64,000 nucleotides of DNA from Geosiphon pyriformis uo1 (taxonomy: Eukaryota > Fungi > Glomeromycota). A program made the translations under genes and the position numbers. The stretch covers positions 1,561 to 65,560 of the forward strand of contig JAAOMT010000112.1 in the NCBI GenBank assembly GCA_016748015.1. Direction: 5' to 3'. The notes beneath the pieces are model-generated. The model searched no databases and was not told where the DNA came from. It saw only the letters and a list, made by a program, of their open reading frames with translations. Positions 1-12,004 of the stretch are shown here, piece by piece (position 1 is the first letter of the stretch; each line of letters starts with the position of its first letter).

Positions 1-2437
1 AAGTTGTTGATTTCGATATTGGCTGTTTATCAAAAATTACGCGTTTGTATTTCACGCGAAAACAAGAATATAAGGGTGGAGTTAACTAGACCTTTTTAGT
101 AAATTTGATTTGAAGATAACCTCCCTAGTTTTTAAAATGTAGTCATTAAACGTGTTTTCTATCTAGGTTTAAAGACAAAGCATCACTTTTTGAAACCTTG
201 TAAACAGTTAAGTACTTTCTGGAATTTATTTTAGAATAAACAACAGTCATGAGGATCCGCGTAATATTAAGCTGATTCTCATGACTCGTTTTTTTTGACT
301 CGACTATCCTAAAATGGCTAAATATAATCAGTATGGGAAATCAAATTCACATCCCCCTTAAAACCGTGGGACCCATTATCACAATGTAAATGGTCAGTGA
401 TTAAGTACATGGCGTCCATATTTCGTAGTCGAAAACACAATCGGAAGTGCCTCTAATCTAATGCTAGTGTTTAGGCGTCACACTGACATCCCTTCCCTCT
501 TTTGGTTTTATCGTTCATGGAAATAGACCTTTTATTGCGTTATACGAATACCCCCGTTTTTTAAAGTGTAAATTTTCATACTAAATTCTATTAATAAGCT
601 TATCTATCAAACATTTAGACTATCTATTTTTTGAAATAATTGTGTCATTTAGTTATTCATTAATTTACTTAATAATAAAATTGAAATAAGCTCTTATTTG
701 AATAATAAAGAAAATTTTAATTTTTATCATTCCACAGAGGATGGCCAAAATTATGCGACCACGTTATTTTTGATGAATTCAGTTAAAAAAAATATCATGA
801 AGGTTTTGTTTATAATCGATGACTCTGTGCTATCATATCCATGTACTTTTGTATAGAAAATCTATTTCTGAACATACAATAGATTGTAATCTCATATCTG
901 CTATGAATAAAACACATCATAGGAAACAAGTCAAATTATTAAAATTAAAATATTAAAAAGATACTTTTTCCTGAAAATATTTTACATAAGAAAATATCGT
1001 TCCATATGATCCCAAAGTTGACACAGCTGGAATTGCGATATTACTGTGGCCTGATTGAAAATCTTTGAAAGTTTATGATTGTTGTCGTACTTCACACCAC
1101 TATTTAATCATCCAGAACTTAACAAGCCCGGAATCATCTTTTTTATAATAAAAATTTAATCGAAAATATATAATTGCCGCAAATAAAAGAACAATTAAAG
1201 AGTGTTTTTTGTATAAAATTAATAAATACCTTGATTAATTTATGCACAAATAAAAAAAGTGATTTAAAATATATCTGCATATATTTTCTATAAATACTTT
1301 TAAAAAAATATTTAAAAATTGTATATATTAAAGATCAAATTTTCAAATAATATTGATTTCGATTTATTAATTAATCAAAAAATGAATCTTTGATTAAAAT
1401 TAAATTTGTAACTAATAAGTAAAAACATATAATAAAAAAAGAAAAAAAGAGCTTTGAATTAAATATTGTAAATTATTCAATAAAAGAAATAAATAGAATT
1501 TAGAATAATAAGAAAGACATTTGGAAATTTTAAACTATTTTAATTAGATTTTTCTAAAAAGTTTAAACAACTCAGTCAATAATCAAGTCAACAATTTGTT
1601 TTTAAAATAAAATATTATTCTGTATAACTAATATATAGTAACTGAATAAAAAATTAACTATAATATTAATATTGGCCAATTATTGTTAACAAATCTAAGA
1701 AGTTTGGTAAAAAAAATTGATTTTTCAATAAAACTTAAAGTGCAAAATATTCTAAAAATATTTTATGCTACAAGATCATTTTTAATAAGAAATAATTGGC
1801 AATTTTTACATTCAAATAATAATAATTATTTTATATAAATTTCCAGTAATAACATATTTTTAATTAAAAGTAAAGTATTGAATTGTTTATTTTTAAAAGA
1901 ATTATAAACAAGATCTTAAAATCAAAAAACTTTATTAATTTTAACAAAAAGATTTTTTTATAAAACAATATCTTTAAAAAAGTAGATATTTTATAAGAAT
2001 CTTGCTGAGATTTTTTTATTTTTTAAATGTTTTTTGTATTTTAACAAAAACTTTAATTAAATTTTTTCAAAAAATTTTTTTTTTATATCTAATCTAAAAC
2101 TTAAAATCTTAGATTTCTTATACAATCTCTTTTTAAAACAATAAATTTCAAGTTTCTGTAATTTCAAAAAAATCAAAGTAATATCTATATATATTATAAG
2201 TTGAAACAGAATTTAAGTTAATTCAAAATCAATTTAAGTTGATTTGGAATTTTAATTCAACTTGAATTAATTCTGAATTATTAATTTAATATTGTGTTAA
2301 TTTTGAATTAACTTAACTTATTATATTATTTGGTCAATTGATCAATAAAAAGTTTTTCTTTTATTAATTAATTAAAAAAATCAAAGTTTTAATATTTAAC
2401 ACATTTTTTTATAGCTTTTTAATACTATTTATTATTA

Positions 2438-3610
2438 TTTTTTTTTATTAAAGTTTAACGAGCAAGGCCCAAAAGCTACCTAGAACAATACATCAAAAAA
2501 TTGATCTAAACTAGGTACTAATCATGCATTTTCTACACGTAACCAGCCACTCAGACCAGTCAAGAACACACTATGCTAATGCTACAGAAGAAAACTTATT
2601 CAAAGACAACATTTTTTGAATAACAAAAAACAAAGTAAAACTACAAAAAACCAAACCAACTAGCCACTCAGCAGTTTTAAATGGATCAGTTTTAATATCA
2701 ACAGACTCATGCTCCCAAAGAAACATTAAGTTAGAAAACATCTCATCACTCACAATAAACAGAAGCTCCAAATTACCAGACATATCAATGTTCTCTATGC
2801 AGCATTCTTTTTTCAAAGAAACCACTTCTCTCCCCAACTTACCAACAGTTCTATTAAAGGAACTCATATGCACTAAAATCTCATTAATCTTAAGACCAAA
2901 AGCACTACTTAAAACCAAATTACCATTAATAAACTGTTCAAAAGTTGTAACCAAAGAGCCAATAGACTTAACAATAGACTCAACCAAAGCAAAAAGCTTA
3001 GTTAAATCAGATTCTAAAAAAGACAGACAAGACAGCACCAAAAGATTATCAACAACAGCTGGAGAAGAAACAAGAGGTAACAGAAATGGAAATCCAGAAG
3101 AGTCCAAGGGAGCAGAAGCCTTAGCATAAGATCTAAGACCAACAAAGTATGATGTAAACATCTTGGGAAACTTAGAAGGTGGAAGTAAAGAAACCTTATA
3201 GTCCACAGCCAAATGACCCAGCTATTAACAATTGAAACAACGCCAACAATTAGGAGTTTTCTACCAAATATGGCATTTTCTCAGCATACCAGTTTTAACA
3301 ATAGCAGAGTCCAAATCAGCTTGGGAACCAAATGTAATCAGAGCAAACCAGAAACAATGACCAGACTCAAGAGAACGAAGGATAAAACAAGTCCGACTAC
3401 CAACTTAAGAAATCATATTATTAATCTTAAAAGCTGTGCAGCCAGGAAGAAAATTGACCAACTTGGCCTTAAACTTATTATGAAACAAAATAGTCTCATT
3501 TTGATTTACCAGAAAGAGAATTCTAACACTATCCTTGCCCACCAAGACTAACCAATGATTCAAAGCAGACACAGCAGAGTCCAACTTTTTAAAATAAACT
3601 ACTACATACT
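2438..3610 (-). mobile_element. ORF1-only non-autonomous LINE derivative (HAL1/half-LINE-like), copy 1, 5'-truncated
   Basis: PolyT 2438-2446 and the LINE-family 3' UTR (2447-2570) directly follow the stop of an ORF1-like frame; no ORF2 sequence is present. Confidence 0.8.
2571..3610 (-). pseudogene. Divergent LINE ORF1-like protein (RRM-like region, CCHC knuckle, ~200-aa C-terminal region)
   Basis: The frame upstream of track ORF 2571-3212 reads HWLVLVGKDSVRI...RTCFI...CFNC**LGHLAVDY. This matches WSVLMGKDSVR / KTCFI / CxxCxxxGH of the autonomous ORF1s; the stops are explicable by transitions. Confidence 0.75.
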
Positions 3611-3653
3611 GGTTTGTTATTTGATTTGAGACCCTAAATAATTACCTGTAATA
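3611..3653 (+). repeat. 43-bp U5-end remnant of a family-1 LTR, inverted relative to the adjacent element
   Basis: GGTTTGTTATTTGATTTGAGACCCTAAATAATTACCTGTAATA is close to the reverse complement of the LTR end at 4687-4729. Confidence 0.75.
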
Positions 3654-4624
3654 TCATTGAGCCATACTTGGGCATCATCCTCATTATTGGTAAATTTTTT
3701 TATTTTGGCAATTGGAGTGTAGACCATTGATTGTTGTTGTGGTTGCTGCTAGATTTGTTGTTGGGATAGTGGTTGTGGCTGTTATTGCTGTTTGGTGATT
3801 GGTGGGGTGGATGGTAGATTGATCTCGATTATTGGAGGTAAGTTTTGTTAATTAATTACATCAGAGTTTTGATTGTTCTGATTTTCTGGAGTTTAATTAA
3901 CCAGAGTTTTAATTTCTGAATTTTTTAGGATTGGATTTTGCTTGTTAACTTTCTGATTATTACTCTTCTCTTCCTTAGAGTCAGTTATTTCCCAAAGACT
4001 AACAGCTCTAAAATCTGGTTGTGGTGGTAGTAATTGAATTTCTGATGGCATTAGAAATCATGATTTAAATCTCTCAAAATAATTGCCATATGTTCTTAAT
4101 AATTCTGCTTTCTTTTGTTTACTTTGGAATAAAATTCTGTTTAATAGCATTGTCATGCTTGTTGTAACTGTGATTATTATATTAATAGTGCTTCTAGATG
4201 TGTGATGATATGATAGATTAGCAGGTGAATCAAATTTTTGTTTCTTTCAAGTGGGTAGTTGGATTTGCTTTGGTGTTCCTGCTGGTGTTTGTAACCTTCC
4301 TTTTCTTTTGTCAGCAAAAGTAATAGAAAATTTCTGTTTGATGTATTTTTTAATTTTCCGGTTTATTTCTGTAATTAGGGGTGCAAATAGATAGTTTTGT
4401 GGAAGAGTGGTGCTTTGGAGCAATTCACTAAAAAAGTTGTTAAAGACAGATTCTGAATCTTTTTGGCCTCCCAAGTAATATACTATTTTTTTGTTGACAT
4501 AGCAATTGAAAGCTGATTCTGTTGGCCAACTATTATTTATTAATCCAAGATGGGTGTGATAATATTGAAATAAAGATTTTGCAAATTCTAAATGGTTTGT
4601 TCCTATTTTTTCAGATTCTGCCAC
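3654..4624 (-). pseudogene. gag: gag N-terminal region, truncated at the start of the capsid domain
   Basis: Track ORF 4247-4624 (AESEKIGTNHLEF..) and downstream MVYTPIAKIKKFTNNEDDAQVWLN are homologous to gag of the full element. Confidence 0.8.
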
Positions 4625-4686
4625 TGTTTGGATGGGGTTGTTGGTGCTGGTTTTCTGTAGAATTATATCTTATAGGGAGCACCAAA

Positions 4687-5547
4687 TGTTACAGGTAATT
4701 ATTTGGGATCTCAAATCAAATAACAACTTATAACTTGGTGCTCAATTGATTGAATGATGGTGGTGGTTTTTGAAGGTAATATTGACCTGAAGGTTTTGTT
4801 GTAGAGTTTTTTGTATAATGGACAGAGATTTAATAGTGTTTATCCATAGCTTCTTAAAACTGCAGTTTTGTCAATTTCTTTTTTAGCATGATGGCCAGTA
4901 TTCCTCTTGATAAACTATCTTCAATTGAGTGTTCTACTCTTATTTCTGGGTTTTTTACTAATTACTTTGACATCAGTATTTTGCACATTATTTTTTTTTA
5001 ATTAATTAGTACACAACAATATAATCACAGAAATAAAAAAAAAAAATTAAAAAAAAATTAAAAAAAAAAAAATAAGCCAAGGCAATTTGTAAATTAGTAT
5101 CTCATCAATAGCTATGATCAAGAGCTATTGTTCCAGTATGGTTAAGTATTACTTGTTATCAACATGAAGTGTTGATAGTGAAGAGTGAAATTGGAAATAG
5201 TAAATAATTATTTATTAATATTTGTGATTTGAAAGGTTGTTTAGATCAACTCTAAACTGGGAGTTCTGTCTTTTCTACTTCTAATACTATTGCTATATAT
5301 ATATAATTGAGATTCCTTAATTCCTCAATTTTTCACACCAAAAATTCTGGAATTCCTGAAATCTTGCAATTTCTTTTGAGAGGAATTCTGGAATTCTGGA
5401 ATCCTGCAATTCTTTGTACAAGAATTCTGAAATTCCTGGAATCTTGCAATTTCTCTTGAGAAGAATCCTGAAATTCCACATTTACTATGGCTACTTCTGA
5501 TTGGCTAATTTATATGCTAATATACTTTCTATATTTTATAAGTAACA
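4687..5547 (-). repeat. LTR, family 1 (861 bp)
   Basis: Colinear with 27420-28289 and 36782-37621; internal GGAATCCTGCAATT-type repeats at ~5340-5477. Confidence 0.9.
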
Positions 5548-8325
5548 ACATCTTGTTTTTTTGTCTATTCTTCTATAATTCTATTAATACTGATTTTTAC
5601 TTTATCAGATTCAAGCACCAAATCTCTTTTAACCACCAAATAATCCAAAATAATCTTGTAAAAAAGCCATTCCAAAATACTTTCTATTATACTTCTTTTA
5701 TCAAAACAAAAACTTTTCATATATTTCTTAATTGCTTTCTTAATAAAAATCTCTTCAACCAATTTTAACTCATAATATTTAGACTTTTTATAATTTTTTC
5801 TGACCAATAACAAATGTTTAATAATATTCATTAATTTTGTATTATTTTAAATCATATTTATAACTTTAAAAATCTCTTTATTATTCAAGATAAACTATTT
5901 ATTAACTAAATAATCAAAGTTAGATGTATTATTCAGACTTATTTTTTTAATTATTTTAATTACCAATATTTTCAATTCAAAAAACTTTAAAAATTGTCTG
6001 TTTTTTAAACAATTAAACACTATTATAGATAAACTTAGTAGAATATTGTAGTAATATTTGGTGTTTTAATTTGGATAAAAAAAACTTAAAAGTCTTTATT
6101 TTGAATATTTGAAATAAGTTATTAATATTAGTCTTTAAAGATTTTTTACTTGTTTTATCTATAGAGTTTTTTAGTTATAAGGCACAAAAAAGTATTTAGT
6201 TGTTTGTAACTTATATATGTAAGCTATTTTCTTTAAGCTAATTCCAAATTTACATGTCAATAAACAATGTTTTCTTGTTTAGCAGAAACATTAATACTTT
6301 AAATATTGCATATAACAAACTTTTAAACTAAGTCATTTATTAAGAGGAAAGATGTATCAAAGAACTTAAACCAGACACAACTGATTTAATTTCATTAAAA
6401 TTAAACCAATAAAAATTTCAAAAGCAATTATTTTTGATTTTAGACTACTTATTTTGGTAGCAAAGATCTTTAAGCTATTTTAACTCAAATTCAAAGTCCT
6501 ATCTTTTGCTACTAAAAAAAGAAGAAAAAATAACACTAGTGAAGTATCCAAAATTATGTTTAAATTCAATTTTAAATTTAATGTCACAGATATAATTGAA
6601 AAAAAAAATTAAAAAACAGATGCCAGAAATATCAAATTTATATTGTTTAGTTTTTATATAATACTAAACATTTAATCAGCCAAAAGCTTCAAGAAGTATT
6701 TCAAAGAAACCAGATAAACATCAATAAATGAATTGTCTTAAACAGAAAAATTTTTACCAACACATAAAGTGTTAAAAAGAAATAGCCCAAAACCAAATCA
6801 AAATAAAGACTATTAAAAAAGACAGTAATTAAAACTATTTGTGTTTATAATTTGTTATTAAAAACAGTAAAATGTAAAATAAAAACATTTTTTTTTATGT
6901 ACAATCTGACCAATTGAAAACAACTCTTATTTATTGCAATTTTTTTATAAACTTTTAAAGATAGCAAAAAAAATACACTTAATATATTACACTTCAAATT
7001 TAAATGTTTAAAATGCTTACACTATTCACATTAAACCAGATTTAACTTAGTCTAAGAGAGCTTAATATTATTCAAAATTGGCTCTGTACAAAAAACCAAC
7101 TCCAATTTTTTTTTAATTTGAAGCTAATCACTACATAATAAATTTTATTGCCAGTTTCAAATAATTAATTAATACCACAAGTTTTTTTATCAGTTTTTTT
7201 CAATAGAGTACCAAGATTATAAACAGTTGTTTCCATAAAAAGAGTAAACAAAAATTTCTTGAATTAATTTCTAAACATCTAAGTATTGTAATTTTTTATA
7301 GTTTTTGTTACACATATTGAATTTTTTTTGATTAAAAATAACCAATTAACTGTTAACTGATCTGTTTAAACCAATTCAGCAAATTCTACTATAGTTTTCT
7401 GTTATAGTTTAATTAGTTGCAATCAGATTAATATTACTTGACCAAACTTAAAAAAGCTGGAATAAATTTTTTTTTGGCATATTTATGAAAATTTTTTTAA
7501 TTACAACAGCTTAATATAAATAAAAACTTTGTTTTTTAAAATCATTGTTTACAATAATGCTTTTTTTTTGACTAATAACATGGTTTTTTTTATGTTTTTC
7601 TCTAATATAAATATTAATCTAATAATTTTTTCAAATTTTGAAAAAGTAATAACTTCTTTAAAATTATTGATTATTGAAAAAAGTTTTCTAATAAACTGAG
7701 TTTTTATTATTGTTAATTTGTCATATATTGTTAAAAAATTAATATCTAAAGCAAAAAATTTTTTAACAGATACTTCTATTTAAGTTTTTGTTATTTTAGA
7801 ATCAATTTGTTTTTTATTTAGGACAAAAAGAGAAAAAAACCTTATTATTATTTATGTTATAGTTAAAAAAACCAATCAAAGAGCCAAAAACAGCATTAAT
7901 ATTGACTTATTTAACTTTAGAAATATTTGTTTTAGGATTAAACCACTTTTTTTTTTTATTTGTTTTATAATTAGTATTATCATTCAGAAAAACCACTTTA
8001 AAAGCATTTTCATCTGTATTCATTCTAATATACTGACCAACAATATGCTTTAAACTATTAAAACTTAAATTTGCTCTATTACTTAAATGTTTTACTTTGC
8101 CAAAAGAAACTTTTTACTTCTGAACCAAGCTTTTACTAATTAAACTTAAAGCCAAAAGTTTGGCTGGTTTTTTTTAACTACAAAACTACTTATGATAACA
8201 GCCAACTTAACAACAAAAAAATTTGTTTCTTGAGAAATTGTAAAATATAAAACAAAAAAACAAAAAACTTCTTTAAAAAATATGCTTTTTGAGAAATTTT
8301 TGGATGTAAAAGAGAAAAAAGTTTT
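5548..8325 (-). mobile_element. Heavily mutated LINE A (5' end, ORF1, partial ORF2 with internal deletion), cut by the LTR at 5547
   Basis: Track ORF 5565-5831 (KSKYYELK..KRSIIESILEWLFYKIILDYLVV) aligns to ORF2 linker; decayed ORF1 ~6340-8190; family 5' motif at 8311-8325. Confidence 0.75.
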
Positions 8326-8456
8326 GCAATTTTATTAAATATTAAAATAAAAACGTTATATAAAAATTAAAAAAAAACTTAATATAAGTTAAATTAATCT
8401 TTGCAATTTTATTAAACATTAAAATAAAAATTATTTCTTTAAGAAATTTTTAATAC

Positions 8457-8775
8457 TTTTTTTATTATTAATATAATTAATAAATAAAGTTCAACCACTA
8501 TCTAGTATACAAAATTAAACTAAATAATTTAAATTAGATGTAATTTACACATTTATTACATATAATTAACCATTCAGACCAGACAAAACAATACTATACA
8601 TTTATGAAAACTCTTATACTATTATTTAAACCAGAAAAAAAAACATGGCTTATAACTGCCAAAAAGCCTGACTATATTATTTAACAACTCAATTACTAAG
8701 TCATCAATCAAACTAAATACCATATTATTATCTTTCACTAAACCAGCTTTTTTTATCTTAGTCTTAAATTTGGTT
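8457..8775 (-). mobile_element. Short 3' fragment of a LINE (ORF2 C-terminus, 3' UTR, polyA)
   Basis: Minus strand reads KKAGLVKDN...KPCFFFSGLNNSIRVFINV*, like the end of ORF 41079-41471, then decayed 3' UTR and polyT 8457-8463. Confidence 0.7.
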
Positions 8776-10193
8776 ATAAAGGACAATGTAAAGCTTTTTT
8801 GTATGGAGTTTGCTTTCTAATAGTCTTTAAAAGCTGTATTTTTAATTAAACTTAAAAGCTCTGTTTGTTTAATCACTCTTAAAATTGCTAAATTTTTGAT
8901 AGTTTTTAAGCCTGGTTTTTTTTTGCTATTGTTGTATTGTATAATATGTCTTTAAATATGTTTGTTACTAATATTAAAATAGTACTTAATATGTTTGAAA
9001 AAGTCATTTATATTGTGCTAAAGCCTGCTAATATTTGGTAATATATGACTGTTTACTTCAAAAATTTGGATGCTGTTGTATTTGTTAGTTAGTTTTATTA
9101 GATAAAAATAGTATTAAGATTTTTTTTAGTAAATTAAAATAAAACTATTTTGTCTTGTAATAAGTTTAAAGCCAAATTGGTCAATTTTTTTTCTAGTTAC
9201 ATTGTTTTTAAAATTAATAATATGGTTTTTTAAATTAATAATTAAACTTGTTTTATTTTTTACTTACTTAATTTTGGTTATTATTTTTAATTTGTTTTAA
9301 TTATGTTTGGCTTATAAAATAATTTAAATACTGTTATTATTAAAACTAGTACTTTAAGAAAATATTATATTTAATAAGAAACTTTTGGATGCCAATGTTG
9401 TTTTAAATATTAAGACTTAAATCATTTAGCTGTTAATTATAAAGTGTTTTTATTTCTTCTTTTTAAGACTTCTAAAATGTTTATATCTTATTTTGTTAGT
9501 GCTAAGTTTTATGTTAAGACTGTTATAGTTATATTATCTTTGGTTTTTATGTCTTTGGTTGGCTCTGCTTTTTTTGTTGCAGTTATAATTAATAATTCTA
9601 TGGTGTTTTCTTGGTTAACTTCTTTAGAAGCTAATTTGGCTAAACTTTTTGTATTAATTAAGTTTATTATTAAATTTGTTGGTTTTTTAATTATTATGTT
9701 TAAACAATTTATTAATAATAATTTGGTTTTATGTAAAACATTTGGCCTTAAAATTAATAAGATTATAATACATATGAATATTTTTAGCAAAATTATTAGT
9801 AAGCTAAAACATAAGATAATTGTTTTAAAAACTAAATATAATTATAAAAATATTAATATAGTTGGTTTTTAAGTAGATTTGTTTACAATAAATAATAATA
9901 TATTTTTTATTTTAATGTTACTTTGAGAACACAAATCTGTTGCTATAAAGACTAATACATTAAAAACAGCCAAATAATTGGTTAAAATAGTTAATAATAG
10001 TGCTATATTGTTTAAAATTGTTTAAAAAATGTCTTCTTTAAATAAGTTTTTTTTAATAATATTAACATAATATAGTTTAAGCTAACTCAAATAATTAGTT
10101 ATATATAGAAAATATGTAAACTATATTTAGTAATGATATACTTAATTTGTGCTTAATATTTAGATAATAGTTAGATTATATAATAATAAAAAA
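8770..10193 (+). mobile_element. ORF1-only half-LINE, copy 2 (hypermutated)
   Basis: Track ORF 9444-9872 (SLEANLAKLFVLIKFIIK..FGLKINKIIIHM) is homologous to 2571-3212; stop ~10070, then decayed 3' UTR and AATAAAAAA 10185-10193. Confidence 0.75.
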
Positions 10194-10321
10194 TATATAT
10201 TTAATTTTTTTAAAAACCATAATACTTTAATATTCTAATTTTTAAAATTTAAATTCTTAATAATAATCATATATATTATTATTATTAAAGCGACAGTAAT
10301 AGTGTTAGCGAGATTTCGGAT

Positions 10322-12004
10322 ATGGAAAACTTAAAGAACATGGTTGCAAAGAAAATGAGTTATGTGGATTTGAATGCCTCAAACACTGACAATATGGCGA
10401 ACAATGCCACTCCAAGAATGACAAGGACTGTGACTTATGTGCTGGGCCAACTACCGAAACCTTTTGCTTTTGACAAAATGAGTGATGATGAAGATGTCTT
10501 GGTAATTCTGTCCCCAAAATTCTCTGGTTCCAAGCACTTGCTGGCAGCTAAGTCACGTGTCGCGGAAAATAGGAATTTTGAACCAGTTAAATCGTTTGCC
10601 TTGGATATTGAGATTTCGGCAGTGCCTGGAAAGACAAATGTTGACAGATTAATGGCTGTAAAAAAAATCTTTTATCAAATTGATGGATTTGGGGGAGCTT
10701 CGACTTTCTCAAAATTTCCAGGAATAATAAGATCATCATTTACATCTGAAAAAAGTTTGATTAAGGCAAGGGAAATGACAATCAGAGAAAAAATTTTGGT
10801 AAATGATGATCTAAGAAAAGTAAACAGCCATTCAGATCGGAAAGTAATCATCAAGAAAATCCCAGTGGATCTTCCCAAATTGGCGATTGAGGCAGTATTC
10901 TCCAAGTTTGGCAAGATCATTTCAATCAAAGTACAGCTTATTGGTCTTTGGCAAAAGGCCTTAGTGGAATATGAATCATTTGAGATAGCTGATTTGGTCG
11001 CAGCTAGATAGTCTGTGCTCATGGGAAAGGATTCTGTTCGCATGGCAAAGGCAAGTATTGATAAACAAACATGGGTATCTAGAGATCAGCATTGGGCGTT
11101 GCTCTACACTCTTCCAATTGGCACTACCACTCATGATTTGTCTAAATTGGTGGAGGCTTATGGTGGGAAAACCTGTTTTATTGGCCATAATCCAACTTCA
11201 TATGTTTCTAATCAGTGTGCTGTGATCTGTTTTGAAAGTAAGGCATTCAAGTTGGCTGCTATTGGTTTAGTTTCAGTCTTCAAGAGTGTGAGTTTGCATT
11301 AGGCCAGTCTCTTTTTGGCCTATTGCACAGTGTGTAAACAATTCGGTCATGTTTCTGATGTTTGTTCTATGAGTGGGAATTCTGGTACTCGCAGTAAATG
11401 GGTAGTAACTTCTCAGGATCGGGTTTGTCTGACTAATGTATATAGGAGAAAGCAGGCTTCTATCGCTCATCCAGTTTCCTTTGGTGGCAAGACATGGGCC
11501 CAAGTTGCTAGTAGCACTTCCTCTCGTGTAGTTCCTTCAGGTTCTTTTGGTGTTGGTGCAAATTTTGGTGCAGGATCTGCCTCGGTAAAATCTTCTTCTT
11601 CTAATATCTCTGGTTTGTGCAATTGGGTGGCATCTTTGGAATGCTCTTTGGAGCTTTTGACAGACCAAGTTTCTGCCATTGTGAAAAAGCTGAGCTGTAT
11701 TGAAGTGGTATCTTTGGTGTCTTTTTCTCTCGCCTCCCATCCCATTGCGCCTGCTTCTCTGGCCTCATGCGTGGATTTGGATATGATACTGGATGTTTCG
11801 TTGGCAACGTCTCCTTCTCATTGCCCAACCATTGATGATGCTAATTCTGATTTTGGTTTCAGTAGTTCAAAGGTTTTAACTGCCAAGATTGGTAGTTTGG
11901 AGTCAAAGTTGATGGCTTTGGATGCATTAGTTGGCTCGGTTTTGGCAAGATTGGATATGTTGTGTTCTGGTTTGGGTTCTTCGGTTCTCTTCTCTTCTCA
12001 ATGA
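10322..12004 (+). pseudogene. LINE ORF1 (RNA-binding/gag-like protein)
   Basis: Three collinear in-frame fragments split by single stops; CTVCKQFGHVSDVC knuckle; C-terminal coiled-coil-like segment. Confidence 0.85.

Larger units (their letters stand above)
3654..5547 (-). mobile_element. Truncated Ty3/Gypsy element (5' LTR + PBS + 5' gag), diverged relative of 27420-37621
   Basis: LTR 4687-5547 has TGTTAC..GTAACA ends; PBS TGGTGCTCCC.. at 4668-4684; gag is colinear with ~35645-36722. Confidence 0.9.

Noticed and set aside
743-761. Tc1-like TIR motif GGCCAAAATTATGCGACCA, similar to doubled GGTCAAAATTATGTAA at 59831-59877
   Set aside because: The copies are in the same orientation, with no TA-flanked inverted partner and no transposase; cannot be called a DNA transposon.
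2216-2314. Short inverted repeat AGTTAATTCAAAAT / ATTTTGAATTAACT (MITE?)
   Set aside because: Too degenerate and AT-rich; no TSD or second copy in the window.
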